A stretch of DNA of 64,000 nucleotides from Gammaproteobacteria bacterium (GTDB lineage: Bacteria; Pseudomonadota; Gammaproteobacteria; PS1; Pseudothioglobaceae). A model generated the notes under the pieces. The model was not told the origin of the DNA and did no database searches. It worked only from the letters and a program-made list of their open reading frames with translations. The stretch is taken from contig CBDCHC010000005.1 in the NCBI GenBank assembly GCA_965217075.1, forward strand, positions 22,378 through 86,377, read 5' to 3'. Position numbers and translations under genes: made by a program. The first letter of the stretch is position 1, and every line of letters starts with the position of its first letter. Below are positions 31,299 through 45,829 of the stretch, in pieces.

Positions 31299-32384
31299 GT
31301 GCATTGTGTATCAGTTGGAGAATTTAGGGCTGCTATACCTTTGATTGATAAACTAATTATAAATTATACTGATTATAAAATAGTTATTAGCACAACAACA
31401 ACAACAGGTGCTGATGCTTGCATTAGCCATTATAAAAATAATGAGGTTATTTTTCATTATTTTCCTTTTGATGTTCCTTTTATAATTCATAGATTTTTAC
31501 GAGCATTTAATCCGAAAATTAGTATAATTTTAGAAACAGAAATATGGCCAAATTGGGCTAAAATTTGTTATCAGAAAAATATTAAATTATTACTAGTAAA
31601 TGCAAGATTATCAGAAAAATCTTTTAAAAAATATAAAAAATTTGCTATTTTTAGTAAAAAAACTTTAGCTTATTTTGACTTAATAGCTACACAAGATGAA
31701 TATTCTTACCAGCGGTTTTTAGCACTTGGTGCCATAAAAGTTAAATTAGTTGGTAATATAAAATTTGATATTAATATAAAGATAAATAAAATAAATTTAA
31801 ATAATCTGAAAAATATAATAGCACAAAGAGAGATAATTATTTTTGCTAGTACACATAATAATGAAGAGCAGATAATCATAAATGCTTATAAAAAATATAA
31901 TATTAAGCAACTACTAGTAATAGTACCAAGACACCCACAACGGTTTGCTATTGTTGAGAATTTGTTACAACAAAATAATATAAATTATATTAAAAGAAGT
32001 GATAATAAAAAATGTAACCAGCAGACAACAGTGTTATTAATTGATAGTATGGGAGAGTTGTTAGAGCTTTATCATTTAACTAATATTGCTTTTATTGGTG
32101 GTAGTTTAGTGCCTGTTGGTGGGCATAATATGTTAGAAGCTATAGCTTGCAATGCTATGGTAATTTTTGGTAAAAATATGTTTAATTTTGCTGATATTAG
32201 TAGTAAGTTATTAATTAATAATGCTGCTATACAAGTAAATGATGCGGATGATTTGTTTATTAAAATAATACTACTAATAAATAATAAAAATACACGGCAG
32301 TATTACCAAAATAATGCGGCTAATTTTTTAATTAAAAATACTGGAGCTACTAATAAATTAATGAATATTATTACTAAATTTTAA
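31299..32384 (+). CDS. waaA: 3-deoxy-D-manno-octulosonic acid transferase; coordinates run from the first canonical start (GTG), with the frame open upstream to 31125
   Basis: CVSVGEF, ETEIWPN, VPRHPQRF, DSMGEL and GGSLVPVGGHNMLE are collinear with E. coli WaaA. The in-frame upstream 58 codons encode the expected membrane anchor but have no ATG, GTG or TTG. Confidence 0.85.
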   Translation: MHCVSVGEFRAAIPLIDKLIINYTDYKIVISTTTTTGADACISHYKNNEVIFHYFPFDVPFIIHRFLRAFNPKISIILETEIWPNWAKICYQKNIKLLLVNARLSEKSFKKYKKFAIFSKKTLAYFDLIATQDEYSYQRFLALGAIKVKLVGNIKFDINIKINKINLNNLKNIIAQREIIIFASTHNNEEQIIINAYKKYNIKQLLVIVPRHPQRFAIVENLLQQNNINYIKRSDNKKCNQQTTVLLIDSMGELLELYHLTNIAFIGGSLVPVGGHNMLEAIACNAMVIFGKNMFNFADISSKLLINNAAIQVNDADDLFIKIILLINNKNTRQYYQNNAANFLIKNTGATNKLMNIITKF

Positions 32385-33295
32385 TTTTTTTTACGTAAAT
32401 AATAATCAATCAGAGGTGCTGCCATATTGGCTAGCAATATAGCAAAAGCCACACCGTCTGGATAGTTACCTTTTATTCTAATAACTATAATTAAAAAACC
32501 AATTATTACGCCATATAATATTCTGCCTTTGATATTTGCTGGAGCGCTAACTGGATCTGTAGCAATAAAAAATACACATAACATAGTAGCACCACTAAAT
32601 AAATGTAATGTTATAGCTTGGTAGGAGTCAAGCATAAATACTGATATTATAATTGCGATAAGCACTGATAACGAAATATGCCAAGACGCTATAGTTTGTT
32701 TTATAATTGCTGAGTAAATTAATAAATATAACCCGCCTATTAAATAAGCTAGATTAATTATGGTACTCGCATCAATTTTACTATTAAATGCTAAATTATG
32801 TTTAGTGGCATCTAATATTGTAGCTCCTGTTAACCCATCTATATTATTAAATATAATATCAAAAGAATGATAAAAATCAATAAATATATTATAATTTTGC
32901 CAACTTATCATTTCTATTGGATACGATATAAGTAAAAAAATATAACCAACCATAGCTGGGTTAAAAATATTGTTACCAAGTCCACCAAATAAATGTTTGG
33001 CAAATATTATAGCAACCATCACACCAGTTACTATAATCCACCAAGGTGCTATTGTAGGAATGCTAATTGCCAGTAAAATAGCTGTTAATACAGCAGAATA
33101 ATCATTAATATGATTTCTAATATTTTTATGACGAATTTTTAAGATAATAACTTCAGTTGTAATTGCTGTTAATATTGCTAAAGATATTTGGATAATAATG
33201 CTAAATCCATAAATATAAAATAATACAAGCACAGCTGGTATTAGTGCATAAATAACTTGACGCATTATCTGAGGTGTATTGAGTTTAACTACCAT
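32381..33295 (-). CDS. rnfD: Rnf complex subunit D
   Basis: 304-aa polytopic membrane protein with GGLGNNIFNPAM, the DGLTGATILD flavin-attachment-type motif, and YPDGVAFAILLAN. Confidence 0.9.
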   Translation of the reverse strand: MVVKLNTPQIMRQVIYALIPAVLVLFYIYGFSIIIQISLAILTAITTEVIILKIRHKNIRNHINDYSAVLTAILLAISIPTIAPWWIIVTGVMVAIIFAKHLFGGLGNNIFNPAMVGYIFLLISYPIEMISWQNYNIFIDFYHSFDIIFNNIDGLTGATILDATKHNLAFNSKIDASTIINLAYLIGGLYLLIYSAIIKQTIASWHISLSVLIAIIISVFMLDSYQAITLHLFSGATMLCVFFIATDPVSAPANIKGRILYGVIIGFLIIVIRIKGNYPDGVAFAILLANMAAPLIDYYLRKKN

Positions 33296-34665
33296 TTTTT
33301 TTTGCTTATTTGTTTAATAATTTTTGCTCTTTTTTCTGCCATCATTTTATCTCTTTCATTTTTATTACGTTGTAAACGATACTCTCTAAATTCAAATCTT
33401 TGCTTAGATAGCTCGGATTTTTTTTTGGCTAATAAATTATTTTTATATTTTGCCTTAGCAAAAGAAAAATAATCTACTAATTTAATATTACTACCGCATA
33501 CAATCTCACATAAACGACATTCAATACAATTAAGAAGCTTGTAGTTTATTGTTTGCTCTATATTATCAGACTTTATTAACCAATAGAGCTGTTGTGGCAT
33601 GAGTGATGCTGGACATACATGCATACATTCCCCGCAACGTATACATTCCCTAATTATTTTTTGCACTTGTTTATTATTATTAAATATAGCATTAGTAGTT
33701 TTAAGAACAGGATAATTTGTATGTTTTAAATCTATCCCCATCATTGGGCCGTTTAGTCTAATATTGTAGCTTGCATGATAACTTATTAACTCTGGTAATA
33801 AGGTTCCTATAGCTACTTTAATATTTTTTGCTTTTTCATTATCACCTGTTATAGTAATAATACGATTAATCAGTGGTATGCCGTCAATTATATAATCATA
33901 AATAGCTTTAACAGTTGCTACATTTTGACATAATATACCTATTTCTGTAGCAAAGCTATTGGCAGATATATCTATATTCAATAAAGTTTTTATTAGAACT
34001 TTTTCAGCACCAGACGCATAAAAAGTTTTAATTTTTGTTAATTTTATTTTATTATTATTATTAAGCATAATTAATGAATTAAAAGCTTCTTCCTTATCAT
34101 CTTCAATAGCTATAATTGCTTTATTAGCGCCTGTTATATGTAGTAATATTTCAATTCCTTGTAGAATTTCTCGTGGGTATTCTTGCATGAGCGCATTATC
34201 ACATTGGACTGATGGTTCGCATTCTGCCCCATTTATAATTATTGTATGACATTTTTTTAATTTTTTTAATTTAATATTAGTTGGAAAACCAGCTCCGCCT
34301 AAACCAACAATACCAGAGTTATTAATTTGCTTTAATAATGCAGCTGCAGGTAACTCTCTAAAGTTATAACATTTTTTAAGTGATGTCCAATTATTTTTAT
34401 TATCATTTTCAATAACAATACATTTTGTTTGTAAAGTAGATATATGCGGTATATTATTATCTTTAATGGCAATAACTGTGCCAGAAATAGGACTATGTAT
34501 GCAACTATCACCCGTTGCAATTGTTTGTGCTATTTTAACTGTATCACCTACTTTAACAATTTCATTAGCCCCAAATAAAGGCAATATTGATACTTTTGGC
34601 GATAAAAACTCTTTTATTTGCCAATCAATTATTGGATATTTATCTTTAAGTTTTATGCGTTTCAT
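33289..34665 (-). CDS. rnfC: Rnf complex subunit C
   Basis: 458 aa with GLGGAGFPT and two 4Fe-4S motifs, [12 protein letters not shown] and [11 protein letters not shown]. Confidence 0.92.
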   Translation of the reverse strand: MKRIKLKDKYPIIDWQIKEFLSPKVSILPLFGANEIVKVGDTVKIAQTIATGDSCIHSPISGTVIAIKDNNIPHISTLQTKCIVIENDNKNNWTSLKKCYNFRELPAAALLKQINNSGIVGLGGAGFPTNIKLKKLKKCHTIIINGAECEPSVQCDNALMQEYPREILQGIEILLHITGANKAIIAIEDDKEEAFNSLIMLNNNNKIKLTKIKTFYASGAEKVLIKTLLNIDISANSFATEIGILCQNVATVKAIYDYIIDGIPLINRIITITGDNEKAKNIKVAIGTLLPELISYHASYNIRLNGPMMGIDLKHTNYPVLKTTNAIFNNNKQVQKIIRECIRCGECMHVCPASLMPQQLYWLIKSDNIEQTINYKLLNCIECRLCEIVCGSNIKLVDYFSFAKAKYKNNLLAKKKSELSKQRFEFREYRLQRNKNERDKMMAEKRAKIIKQISKKKW

Positions 34666-35182
34666 TTAATTTTGGGATATAGTTATTTATTGTTTCTTTT
34701 ATTGGTACCATAGCAATACAATCAACAGGGCATACTGGTATACATAACTCGCATCCAGTGCATTCTTCCTCTATTACTGTAGTCATTACTTTTGATGCTC
34801 CAGCTATAGCATCAACTGGGCAAGCTTTAATACACAGTGTGCATCCAATACACTCATTCTCGTCAATAATAGCTATTGTACCTATACCTGCTATAGTATT
34901 TTCTGCATCTATAATCATAGTATCAATGGCTAATAAATCAGCTAAGGCATCTACTCCTTCTTGTCCACCTGGTGGGCACAGATTAATTGCTGCTTCCCCT
35001 TCAGCTATAGCTTTAGCATATGGCTTACAACCTGGATAATTACACTGACCGCACTGCGTTTGCGGTAATATATTATTTATTTTATCAACTAAAGGATTGC
35101 CAACAACATTAAATTTTTTTTTCGCAATAGCTAAAACAATCCCTATGATAAAAGAAAATAAGAAAAATAGAAAAATAACCAT
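34646..35182 (-). CDS. rnfB: Rnf complex subunit B
   Basis: 178 aa with an N-terminal TM helix, a CGQCNYPGC cluster, and ferredoxin motifs [12 protein letters not shown] and [12 protein letters not shown]. Confidence 0.92.
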   Translation of the reverse strand: MVIFLFFLFSFIIGIVLAIAKKKFNVVGNPLVDKINNILPQTQCGQCNYPGCKPYAKAIAEGEAAINLCPPGGQEGVDALADLLAIDTMIIDAENTIAGIGTIAIIDENECIGCTLCIKACPVDAIAGASKVMTTVIEEECTGCELCIPVCPVDCIAMVPIKETINNYIPKLNETHKT

Positions 35183-35757
35183 TAAACAATACCAGCAAAG
35201 CCCATAAATGCCATTGACATTATGCCTGCGCTAATTAAAGTAATTGGCGCTCCTTGAAATATTTTTGGAATATCGCTACCTGCTAATCTCTCGCGTATAA
35301 GAGCAAATAATACTAATACCAAGGAGAATCCAACTGAAGCACTAAAACCATATACAATTGATGACATTAATGTGTGGTTATCTCTAGCATTTAATAATGC
35401 TACCCCTAACACGGCACAATTAGTAGTTATAAGCGGTAAAAATATACCAAGTGAATTATGCAATAAAGGACTTGTTTTATTAACAAACATCTCAGTAAAG
35501 CCAACTACAGCAGCTATTACTACAATAAAGGTTATAGTTTGCATGTATTCTATATGTAGTGGTATTAAGAAATAATGACTAATAATATAACTAAAAAAAC
35601 TAGCAAGAGTAAGAACAAATGTTGTAGCCAAACCCATTCCAATAGCGGTTTCTACTTTTTTACTTACACCCATAAAAGGGCAAAGACCTAAAAACTGCAC
35701 TAAAACAAAATTATTGATAAAGATTGTACTAATTATTATGACAGCATATTCATTCAT
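35182..35757 (-). CDS. rnfA: Rnf complex subunit A
   Basis: 191-aa six-TM protein with the typical RnfA N-terminus ([16 protein letters not shown]). Its stop overlaps the rnfB start. Confidence 0.92.
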   Translation of the reverse strand: MNEYAVIIISTIFINNFVLVQFLGLCPFMGVSKKVETAIGMGLATTFVLTLASFFSYIISHYFLIPLHIEYMQTITFIVVIAAVVGFTEMFVNKTSPLLHNSLGIFLPLITTNCAVLGVALLNARDNHTLMSSIVYGFSASVGFSLVLVLFALIRERLAGSDIPKIFQGAPITLISAGIMSMAFMGFAGIV

Positions 35758-35812
35758 TTTTATTCGCTATTTATACAGTATGATAAAATGTAAATTTTAT
35801 CTATTTTTATTG

Positions 35813-36682
35813 ATGATAGGCACAAAATTTAAGCAAAATACTATTGCAATTGTATATGATTTTGACGGTACTTTATCTCCCCAGCCAATGCAAGAATATA
35901 CTATACTACCACTTATTAATGAAGATCCTGATAATTTTTGGCAAGAGTGTACTAGTGTGGCTAAAAAACAAAAAGCAGATGATATGCTTACATATATGCG
36001 TTTACTAATTGCAAAAGCTAATGATAAAAAAATTCCTTTTAACAAGACAAAACTTAAAGATTTAGCTAAAAAAATTGAATATTTTGAAGGTGTAGAAGAT
36101 AGCTGGTTTGATAGGATAAATACATACATTAAGAAAAAAAGCAATAACCAAGTAACCATAGAACATTACATAATATCTTCTGGGCTTAAAGATATTTTAA
36201 ACGGTATTATTATTAAAAAATATTTTAAAAAGATTTTTGCTTGTGAATATTATTTTGATCATTATGGTGCAGCTAAATTCCCTACAGTAGTTATTAATGA
36301 TACAGTTAAAACTCAATACTTATTTAGAATTAATAAAGGAATTTTAGACATCAATCAAACAATTAATACTTATACGCCAAATAAGGATAGAGCAATTCCA
36401 TTTACAAATATGATTTACATAGGAGATGGTCTTACAGATGTGCCGTGCATGACTGTTATTAAAAAAGAAGGTGGCTATGCTATGGCTGTTCATCAAGAAA
36501 AAAAAGAGGCAATAAAAATATGTAAAGATTTAATGCAAGCAAATAGAATAGATTATTATGCTAAAGCTGATTATACTCAAAATAAAGAATTAGAAAAAAA
36601 AGTTTTATTACTAATAGATGTTATTATTGCCAATATTGCAGTTAATAAAGAAAAATTTAATTTAATAACAACTAAAAAATAA
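35813..36682 (+). CDS. HAD-superfamily phosphatase (PSP/MtnX-like), function unknown
   Basis: HAD motif I is VYDFDGTL, motif II is ISSG, and motif IV is IGDGLTDVPCM. I chose the start at 35813 so that motif I lies near the N-terminus; the track start at 35714 overlaps rnfA. Confidence 0.6.
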   Translation: MIGTKFKQNTIAIVYDFDGTLSPQPMQEYTILPLINEDPDNFWQECTSVAKKQKADDMLTYMRLLIAKANDKKIPFNKTKLKDLAKKIEYFEGVEDSWFDRINTYIKKKSNNQVTIEHYIISSGLKDILNGIIIKKYFKKIFACEYYFDHYGAAKFPTVVINDTVKTQYLFRINKGILDINQTINTYTPNKDRAIPFTNMIYIGDGLTDVPCMTVIKKEGGYAMAVHQEKKEAIKICKDLMQANRIDYYAKADYTQNKELEKKVLLLIDVIIANIAVNKEKFNLITTKK

Positions 36683-36690
36683 GTTTAAAA

Positions 36691-37089
36691 TTATTTATAT
36701 CTTTTTCTAATAATTTGTAGTTGTGCTACCGATTCTGCTAACATAGCATTGGCCAGCGCTAAATCTTTATCCTCTGAAACATTTTCCATTAATTCTTCTG
36801 CTTTTTGTTTAGCTTCTAAAGCTTTTTCTTCATCAAGATCTTTAGCCCTTACAGCAGTATCTGAAAATATAGTTATCATTTTTGGTTGTACTTCAATAAT
36901 ACCACCAGCCACATAAATAGAATGTTCACCATCTTTAGTATTAATACGTATTTCGCCTGGTTTTAACACGCTAATTAATGCCATATGGCCTGGGAAAATA
37001 CCTAATTCACCATTTATCCCAGGAGCAAATACACTTAAAGCTTCGCTATTATATAAATCTTTTTCTGCGCTTACAACATCTACTCGCAT
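36691..37089 (-). CDS. atpC: ATP synthase F1 epsilon subunit
   Basis: 132 aa, last gene of the atp operon. It has the beta-sandwich plus helical hairpin pattern. Confidence 0.92.
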   Translation of the reverse strand: MRVDVVSAEKDLYNSEALSVFAPGINGELGIFPGHMALISVLKPGEIRINTKDGEHSIYVAGGIIEVQPKMITIFSDTAVRAKDLDEEKALEAKQKAEELMENVSEDKDLALANAMLAESVAQLQIIRKRYK

Positions 37090-37097
37090 AATACTCC

Positions 37098-39367
<2,270 letters not shown>

Positions 39368-39380
39368 AATCTATATTATT

Positions 39381-40922
39381 TTAATAAGTATAATTAGCCT
39401 TAAAATCTTTAATAGCATTATTTAATTCAGCAATAATTTCATCATTATAATTACCTTTGTTACCTATTTTTTCCATTAAAGATTGTTGGTTGTCATTCAT
39501 GTATTTAACTAAAGCATTTTCAAAATTAACTATTTTTTCTACCTCAACATCATCTAAATAACCATTGTTTACTGCAAATAGTGAAGTAGCCATAGCAGCA
39601 GTTGAAAGCGGTGCATATTGAGCTTGTTTCATTAGCTCTACCACTCTTTTACCACGATCAAGTCTGGCTTTGGTATCAGAATCTAAATCAGATGAAAATT
39701 GCGCAAAAGCTGCAAGTTCTCGATACTGTGCTAAGTCAAGACGAATGCCACCACCTAATTTTTTAATAGCTTTAGTTTGTGCTGCTCCTCCTACTCTTGA
39801 TACTGAAAGACCAGCATTAATAGCAGGACGAATACCAGCATTAAATAAATCTGTTTCTAAAAAAATTTGTCCATCAGTTATAGAAATTACATTAGTTGGG
39901 ACAAATGCAGATACGTCACCAGCCTGTGTTTCAATGATTGGTAGTGCTGTAAGGGAGCCAGTTCGCCCTTTAACCTTACCATTAGTTATTTTTTCTACAT
40001 ATTCAGTATTTACTCTTGAAGCTCTTTCTAATAAACGAGAGTGTAAATAAAATACATCTCCAGGGTAAGCTTCACGACCTGGCGGGCGTTTTAAAAGTAG
40101 CGATACTTCACGATAAGCCCATGCTTGTTTAGTTAAATCATCATAAACTATAAGAGCATCTTCACCGCGATCACGAAAATACTCACCCATAGCACAACCG
40201 GCATAAGGAGCTATGTACTGTAATGCTGCAGAATCAGAGGCGTTAGCAGCTACTATTATAGTATGTGCTAAAGCACCATGTTCTTCTAATTTGCGTACTA
40301 TAGCAGCAACAGATGAAGCCTTTTGTCCTATAGCCACATAAATACACTTAACACCAGTATTTTTTTGGTTGATAATAGCATCTATTGCTACGGCAGTTTT
40401 GCCAGTTTGTCTATCACCTATTATAAGTTCTCTTTGACCGCGACCAATTGGCACCATTGCATCAATAGCTTTAATACCGGTTTGTATTGGTTCGTCGACT
40501 GATTTACGATCAATTACTCCTGGGGCAATCACCTCTAAAGGACGATAGTTTTTAACGTTTAATTTATCTTTACCTTCTAAATCTTCTCCAAGCGGACTTA
40601 AAACCCTACCTAATAACTCTTCGCCAACAGGTATTTCAACTAAACGAGAAGTGCATTTAACGGTATCACCTTCTGATATATGTTTATAATCGCCTAAAAT
40701 TACAGCACCTACAGAATCTTGCTCTAAATTTAGTGCCATACCAAATGTATTGTTACTAAATTCTAACATTTCACCAAATTGAACATCACTCAAACCATGA
40801 ATTCTTACAATACCATCACTTACACTTATAACCTTTCCTTCTGTTTTTTCCATTTCAGAAAAATCAAAACCTTCAATTTGTTTTTGAATTAAATCACTAA
40901 TTTCAGCAGCATTTAATTGCAT
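39381..40922 (-). CDS. atpA: ATP synthase F1 alpha subunit
   Basis: 513 aa with Walker A GDRQTGKT. Confidence 0.96.
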   Translation of the reverse strand: MQLNAAEISDLIQKQIEGFDFSEMEKTEGKVISVSDGIVRIHGLSDVQFGEMLEFSNNTFGMALNLEQDSVGAVILGDYKHISEGDTVKCTSRLVEIPVGEELLGRVLSPLGEDLEGKDKLNVKNYRPLEVIAPGVIDRKSVDEPIQTGIKAIDAMVPIGRGQRELIIGDRQTGKTAVAIDAIINQKNTGVKCIYVAIGQKASSVAAIVRKLEEHGALAHTIIVAANASDSAALQYIAPYAGCAMGEYFRDRGEDALIVYDDLTKQAWAYREVSLLLKRPPGREAYPGDVFYLHSRLLERASRVNTEYVEKITNGKVKGRTGSLTALPIIETQAGDVSAFVPTNVISITDGQIFLETDLFNAGIRPAINAGLSVSRVGGAAQTKAIKKLGGGIRLDLAQYRELAAFAQFSSDLDSDTKARLDRGKRVVELMKQAQYAPLSTAAMATSLFAVNNGYLDDVEVEKIVNFENALVKYMNDNQQSLMEKIGNKGNYNDEIIAELNNAIKDFKANYTY

Positions 40923-40934
40923 AATATCCTCTTT

Positions 40935-41477
40935 TTAATTAATTAATAAACACGCATTTAAAGTATTTATGCGTGCATTTATTGATAAATCAACCACTTT
41001 ATCGCCATTTTTAATCACCACACCACCAATTAATGTTTTATTTACAATTAAATTTAAATTAATTTTTTTATTAAATTTTTTCTCTAAAACATCAATTATT
41101 ACATCTTGTTCATTTTTATTTAATTCATAAGCACTTATAACATCAATTTTTTTTGTAACATTAGCATAATAGCTGCTAAATTCTTGCAAAATATAACTGC
41201 TAAGAGTTAATTTAGAATTTTCAATTAATAAAATTATTAGATTATTTTCCTCTGCAGTTAGCTCTTTTTTTATAATTGATGTTAATATTTTTTTTACTAA
41301 TAAAATTTTATCGGCAGTAGTTTTAGTTGGGGAATTAACAAAAGATATTATCTTGTCATTATTAGTTACGGTAACTAATGTTTCTAAAAATACTAGCCAA
41401 GTAGCACAATTATTGTTTTTATTAGCAATTCTCCCTAATGCTTTAGCGTAAGGTTTAGCAACTGTCATTAAATCCAT
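40935..41477 (-). CDS. atpH: ATP synthase F1 delta subunit
   Basis: 180 aa, assigned by its position between atpF and atpA. It has the N-terminal VAKPYAKAL motif. Confidence 0.88.
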   Translation of the reverse strand: MDLMTVAKPYAKALGRIANKNNNCATWLVFLETLVTVTNNDKIISFVNSPTKTTADKILLVKKILTSIIKKELTAEENNLIILLIENSKLTLSSYILQEFSSYYANVTKKIDVISAYELNKNEQDVIIDVLEKKFNKKINLNLIVNKTLIGGVVIKNGDKVVDLSINARINTLNACLLIN

Positions 41478-41483
41478 AATTTC

Positions 41484-41954
41484 TTATAGTGATATTGATA
41501 ATTTATTTAACATATCTTTATGTGAATTATAATCAACTTCTTTAGTTAAAACCTTATTCACTCCTTGCATTACCAGCTGTGATAATTTTTCCTTAAGTTC
41601 ATTAGCTACATGAGATTTTTCTTTTTCAATGTCAATACTTGCTTTATTTTTTATTTTATCAGCTTCTGTAGTCGCAATACTTTTAGCACCTTCAATTGTT
41701 TTAGTTGCTTGTTTATTAGCATTAGTAATTATTTCAGCAGCTTGTTTTTTAGCTTCATTGATTAATTCTTGTACTTTTTCTTCTGCTTCTTTTTTATCAG
41801 CAAATCCTCTTTCTGCAGCCAGCAAACCATTTTCAATGCGTTTTTTACGCTCATTCATACTAGCTATAATAGGAGGCCAAATAAATTTCATGCAAAACCA
41901 AACAAAAATAATAAAAACTATTGTTTGTCCTATTAGCGTTAAGTTTATATTCAT
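41484..41954 (-). CDS. atpF: ATP synthase Fo subunit b
   Basis: 156 aa with a single N-terminal TM helix followed by a long charged helix. Confidence 0.9.
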   Translation of the reverse strand: MNINLTLIGQTIVFIIFVWFCMKFIWPPIIASMNERKKRIENGLLAAERGFADKKEAEEKVQELINEAKKQAAEIITNANKQATKTIEGAKSIATTEADKIKNKASIDIEKEKSHVANELKEKLSQLVMQGVNKVLTKEVDYNSHKDMLNKLSISL

Positions 41955-41980
41955 TGTTAATTAGTCCCTAAGTTTATTTG

Positions 41981-43425
<1,445 letters not shown>

Positions 43426-43473
43426 AACATTTAATTTACAAAATCCGCTTATTATACCATATAAAATATTTTA

Positions 43474-44016
43474 TTAACAAGCAATAAAATGTTTACGGTA
43501 ATGTTTTAGTTCTGCTATTGAATCGTAAATATCATCTAAAGCCAAGTGGGATGATTTTTTAGTTATTTTTTTCTCTACCATGGGTTTCCAGCGTTTTGCT
43601 AACTCTTTTAAAGTTGATACATCAATATGACGATAATGAAAAAATTTCTCTAATTTAGGCATATAAGATGCTAAAAATCTACGATCTTGACAAATACTAT
43701 TACCGCACATAGGCGATGCTCCTTTTTTTACCCATTGTTGCAGAAAATCAATTGTTTTATTTTCTGCAATTTCTAATGATATTTCACTACTTTTAACTCG
43801 TTGAACCAGACCAGATAAGTTATGTTGTTTGGTATTCCAAGCATCCATATTATCTAATATAGCATCTTGTTGTTTAATAGCAAATACCGGACCAACAGCT
43901 AATACATTTAATTGAGCATCTGTTATTATTGTAGCTATTTCTATAATAGTATCTGTAGTAGGTGATAAACCAGTCATTTCTAAGTCTATCCAAATTAAAT
44001 TATTCTTTTTATCCAT
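43474..44016 (-). CDS. orn: oligoribonuclease
   Basis: 180 aa with [23 protein letters not shown], and [18 protein letters not shown]. Confidence 0.95.
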   Translation of the reverse strand: MDKKNNLIWIDLEMTGLSPTTDTIIEIATIITDAQLNVLAVGPVFAIKQQDAILDNMDAWNTKQHNLSGLVQRVKSSEISLEIAENKTIDFLQQWVKKGASPMCGNSICQDRRFLASYMPKLEKFFHYRHIDVSTLKELAKRWKPMVEKKITKKSSHLALDDIYDSIAELKHYRKHFIAC

Positions 44017-44070
44017 AGTTATTTTTGTTAGTGTTATAATTATCTTAAAATATTTTAAAGGGTAAGACTT

Positions 44071-45111
44071 ATGAAATTATTTGTTATTATAATCACTATT
44101 TTAGTGAATATTGCCTTTAGTGCTGAAAGAGGTGATTTTTTTGGTGCAAAAAATGTAGAACAAATGCCACACTGGTTTAAAAAAAGTTTTTTAGAGTTAA
44201 ATGATGATTTAATAGAAGCACAAAATAGTGGTAAATATATCATTTTATACTTTCATCAGCAAGGCTGCCCTTATTGTGAAAAACTTATTAATGATAATTT
44301 TAAAAATAAACAATTAGTCGAGGAAATTCGCCGTGATTTTGAGGTTATAGAGATAAATATGTGGGGTGATAAAGAGATAGTTGATTTTAACAATAAAGAA
44401 TTTAGCGAAAAAGATTATGCTAGTTTTCTACGCGTACAATTTACTCCAACACTATTTTTTCTTGATAATAAAGGAAAAACTATCTTAAGACTTGACGGTT
44501 ATCAGTCTATAATAAAAATGCATAAAATTATTGATTTTATTGTTAGTAATTCTTATTTAAGCACTTCATTTGCAAAGTTTATCGCTAATTATAAGAGTGG
44601 TAAAAATCAGCCATTAACTCCTTTAAACTATGAAGAATTTTTTGCCGATAAACCCTATAATTTAATAAGAAATACTAAATATTTTGCTGATAGATATTTA
44701 GCAGTATTTTTTGAAAAGAGCAATTGTAATACTTGTGATAGAATGCATAAAAATATTAAAAAAAGTAAAAAAATAATTAATATGTTCAAACAAATGGAGG
44801 TAGTGCAATTAAATATTGGTATAGATGAAAAAATAATTACACCAGATGGAATTCGTACTACCAGTTCGCAGTGGTATGAAAAATTAAAATTAACTTATAA
44901 GCCAGCGATTGTATTTTTTACCAAAGATGGTAAAGAAATTATTAGGAAAGATGCCTTTTTTAGGCAGTTTCACTTTGAATCTATTATTGACTATGTATTA
45001 ACTGATAGTTATAAAAACCAACCAAATTTTCAACGATATATAGAGCATAAAGCAGATAAAATTCGCGCTAAAGGCGTAAATGTGGATATCTGGGGTGGAG
45101 GCGAGTTTTAA
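44071..45111 (+). CDS. secreted protein with two thioredoxin-like domains
   Basis: 346 aa with a signal peptide. The first domain has CPYC ([18 protein letters not shown]). The second has a degenerate CNTC motif ([18 protein letters not shown]). Confidence 0.6.
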   Translation: MKLFVIIITILVNIAFSAERGDFFGAKNVEQMPHWFKKSFLELNDDLIEAQNSGKYIILYFHQQGCPYCEKLINDNFKNKQLVEEIRRDFEVIEINMWGDKEIVDFNNKEFSEKDYASFLRVQFTPTLFFLDNKGKTILRLDGYQSIIKMHKIIDFIVSNSYLSTSFAKFIANYKSGKNQPLTPLNYEEFFADKPYNLIRNTKYFADRYLAVFFEKSNCNTCDRMHKNIKKSKKIINMFKQMEVVQLNIGIDEKIITPDGIRTTSSQWYEKLKLTYKPAIVFFTKDGKEIIRKDAFFRQFHFESIIDYVLTDSYKNQPNFQRYIEHKADKIRAKGVNVDIWGGGEF

Positions 45112-45740
45112 TTATATTTATTATATTGATTAGTTAATTCTTGGTACAATTGACTCGCACTTATATGCGGTTTTTTTTGCACGATATTAAACGCGACTAC
45201 ATTATCTTCTACCTTGCCCCATACTTTTTTATACTTACCACTTTTATAACCATTATCTTGACGAAATTTATTTAATTGATTTTTAACAATATAACCTGCA
45301 TATAAATCAGCAGTATCCATGGATAGATTATTTAAACAAATAAAAAATACATCAATAATATCTTTAATACTACTAGCAGAGCTACTTAAATTAATAATTT
45401 TTTCTAAATTTTGAATTATTGTAGTAGTACTTAATGGTAATTTATTGGTGTTTTCATATTTTTCGGCGTATTGCTGTTGATTATTTATAATAGCTTGACT
45501 CATAATAAAATGCCATATATCAATTATCTCTACTTTAGCATTATTAATATCATTAGCGCTATTTATATCTTTCCAATGTTTCCAGTTAAATGAATCTATT
45601 GCTTCAGATGCTTCCATATAAATACATCTATACCAAGATATATTACGATTTTCTTTAGTTTTACCGGTAATCCATATATTACCATTAGTATTATCATTTA
45701 ATATTTGTTGCAAATTAAACATATTATTTATTAATGACAT
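45108..45740 (-). CDS. dimeric all-alpha dUTP diphosphatase (dUTPase_2 family)
   Basis: Collinear with Campylobacter jejuni dUTPase: LQQILNDNTNG, SWYRCIYMEASEAIDSFNWKHWK, VEIIDIWHF, and FRQDNGYKSGKYKKVW. I prefer the ATG at 45740 to 45785. Confidence 0.82.
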   Translation of the reverse strand: MSLINNMFNLQQILNDNTNGNIWITGKTKENRNISWYRCIYMEASEAIDSFNWKHWKDINSANDINNAKVEIIDIWHFIMSQAIINNQQQYAEKYENTNKLPLSTTTIIQNLEKIINLSSSASSIKDIIDVFFICLNNLSMDTADLYAGYIVKNQLNKFRQDNGYKSGKYKKVWGKVEDNVVAFNIVQKKPHISASQLYQELTNQYNKYN

Positions 45741-45829
45741 ATTATTTTTTTTATAAAAAAACTTGAATTTTACCAATTTAACCATAGTTAATTAGTTATT
45801 ATTTTTTAACTAACACGGATGAACTTATT

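Noticed and set aside
45762-45787. A possible sigma-32 heat-shock promoter upstream of htpG: CTTGAAT followed by AACCATAG.
   Set aside because: The spacer is only about 11 nt, against the 13-15 nt expected, and the -10 element matches CCCCATNT at only about 4 positions. The support is not good enough to annotate.
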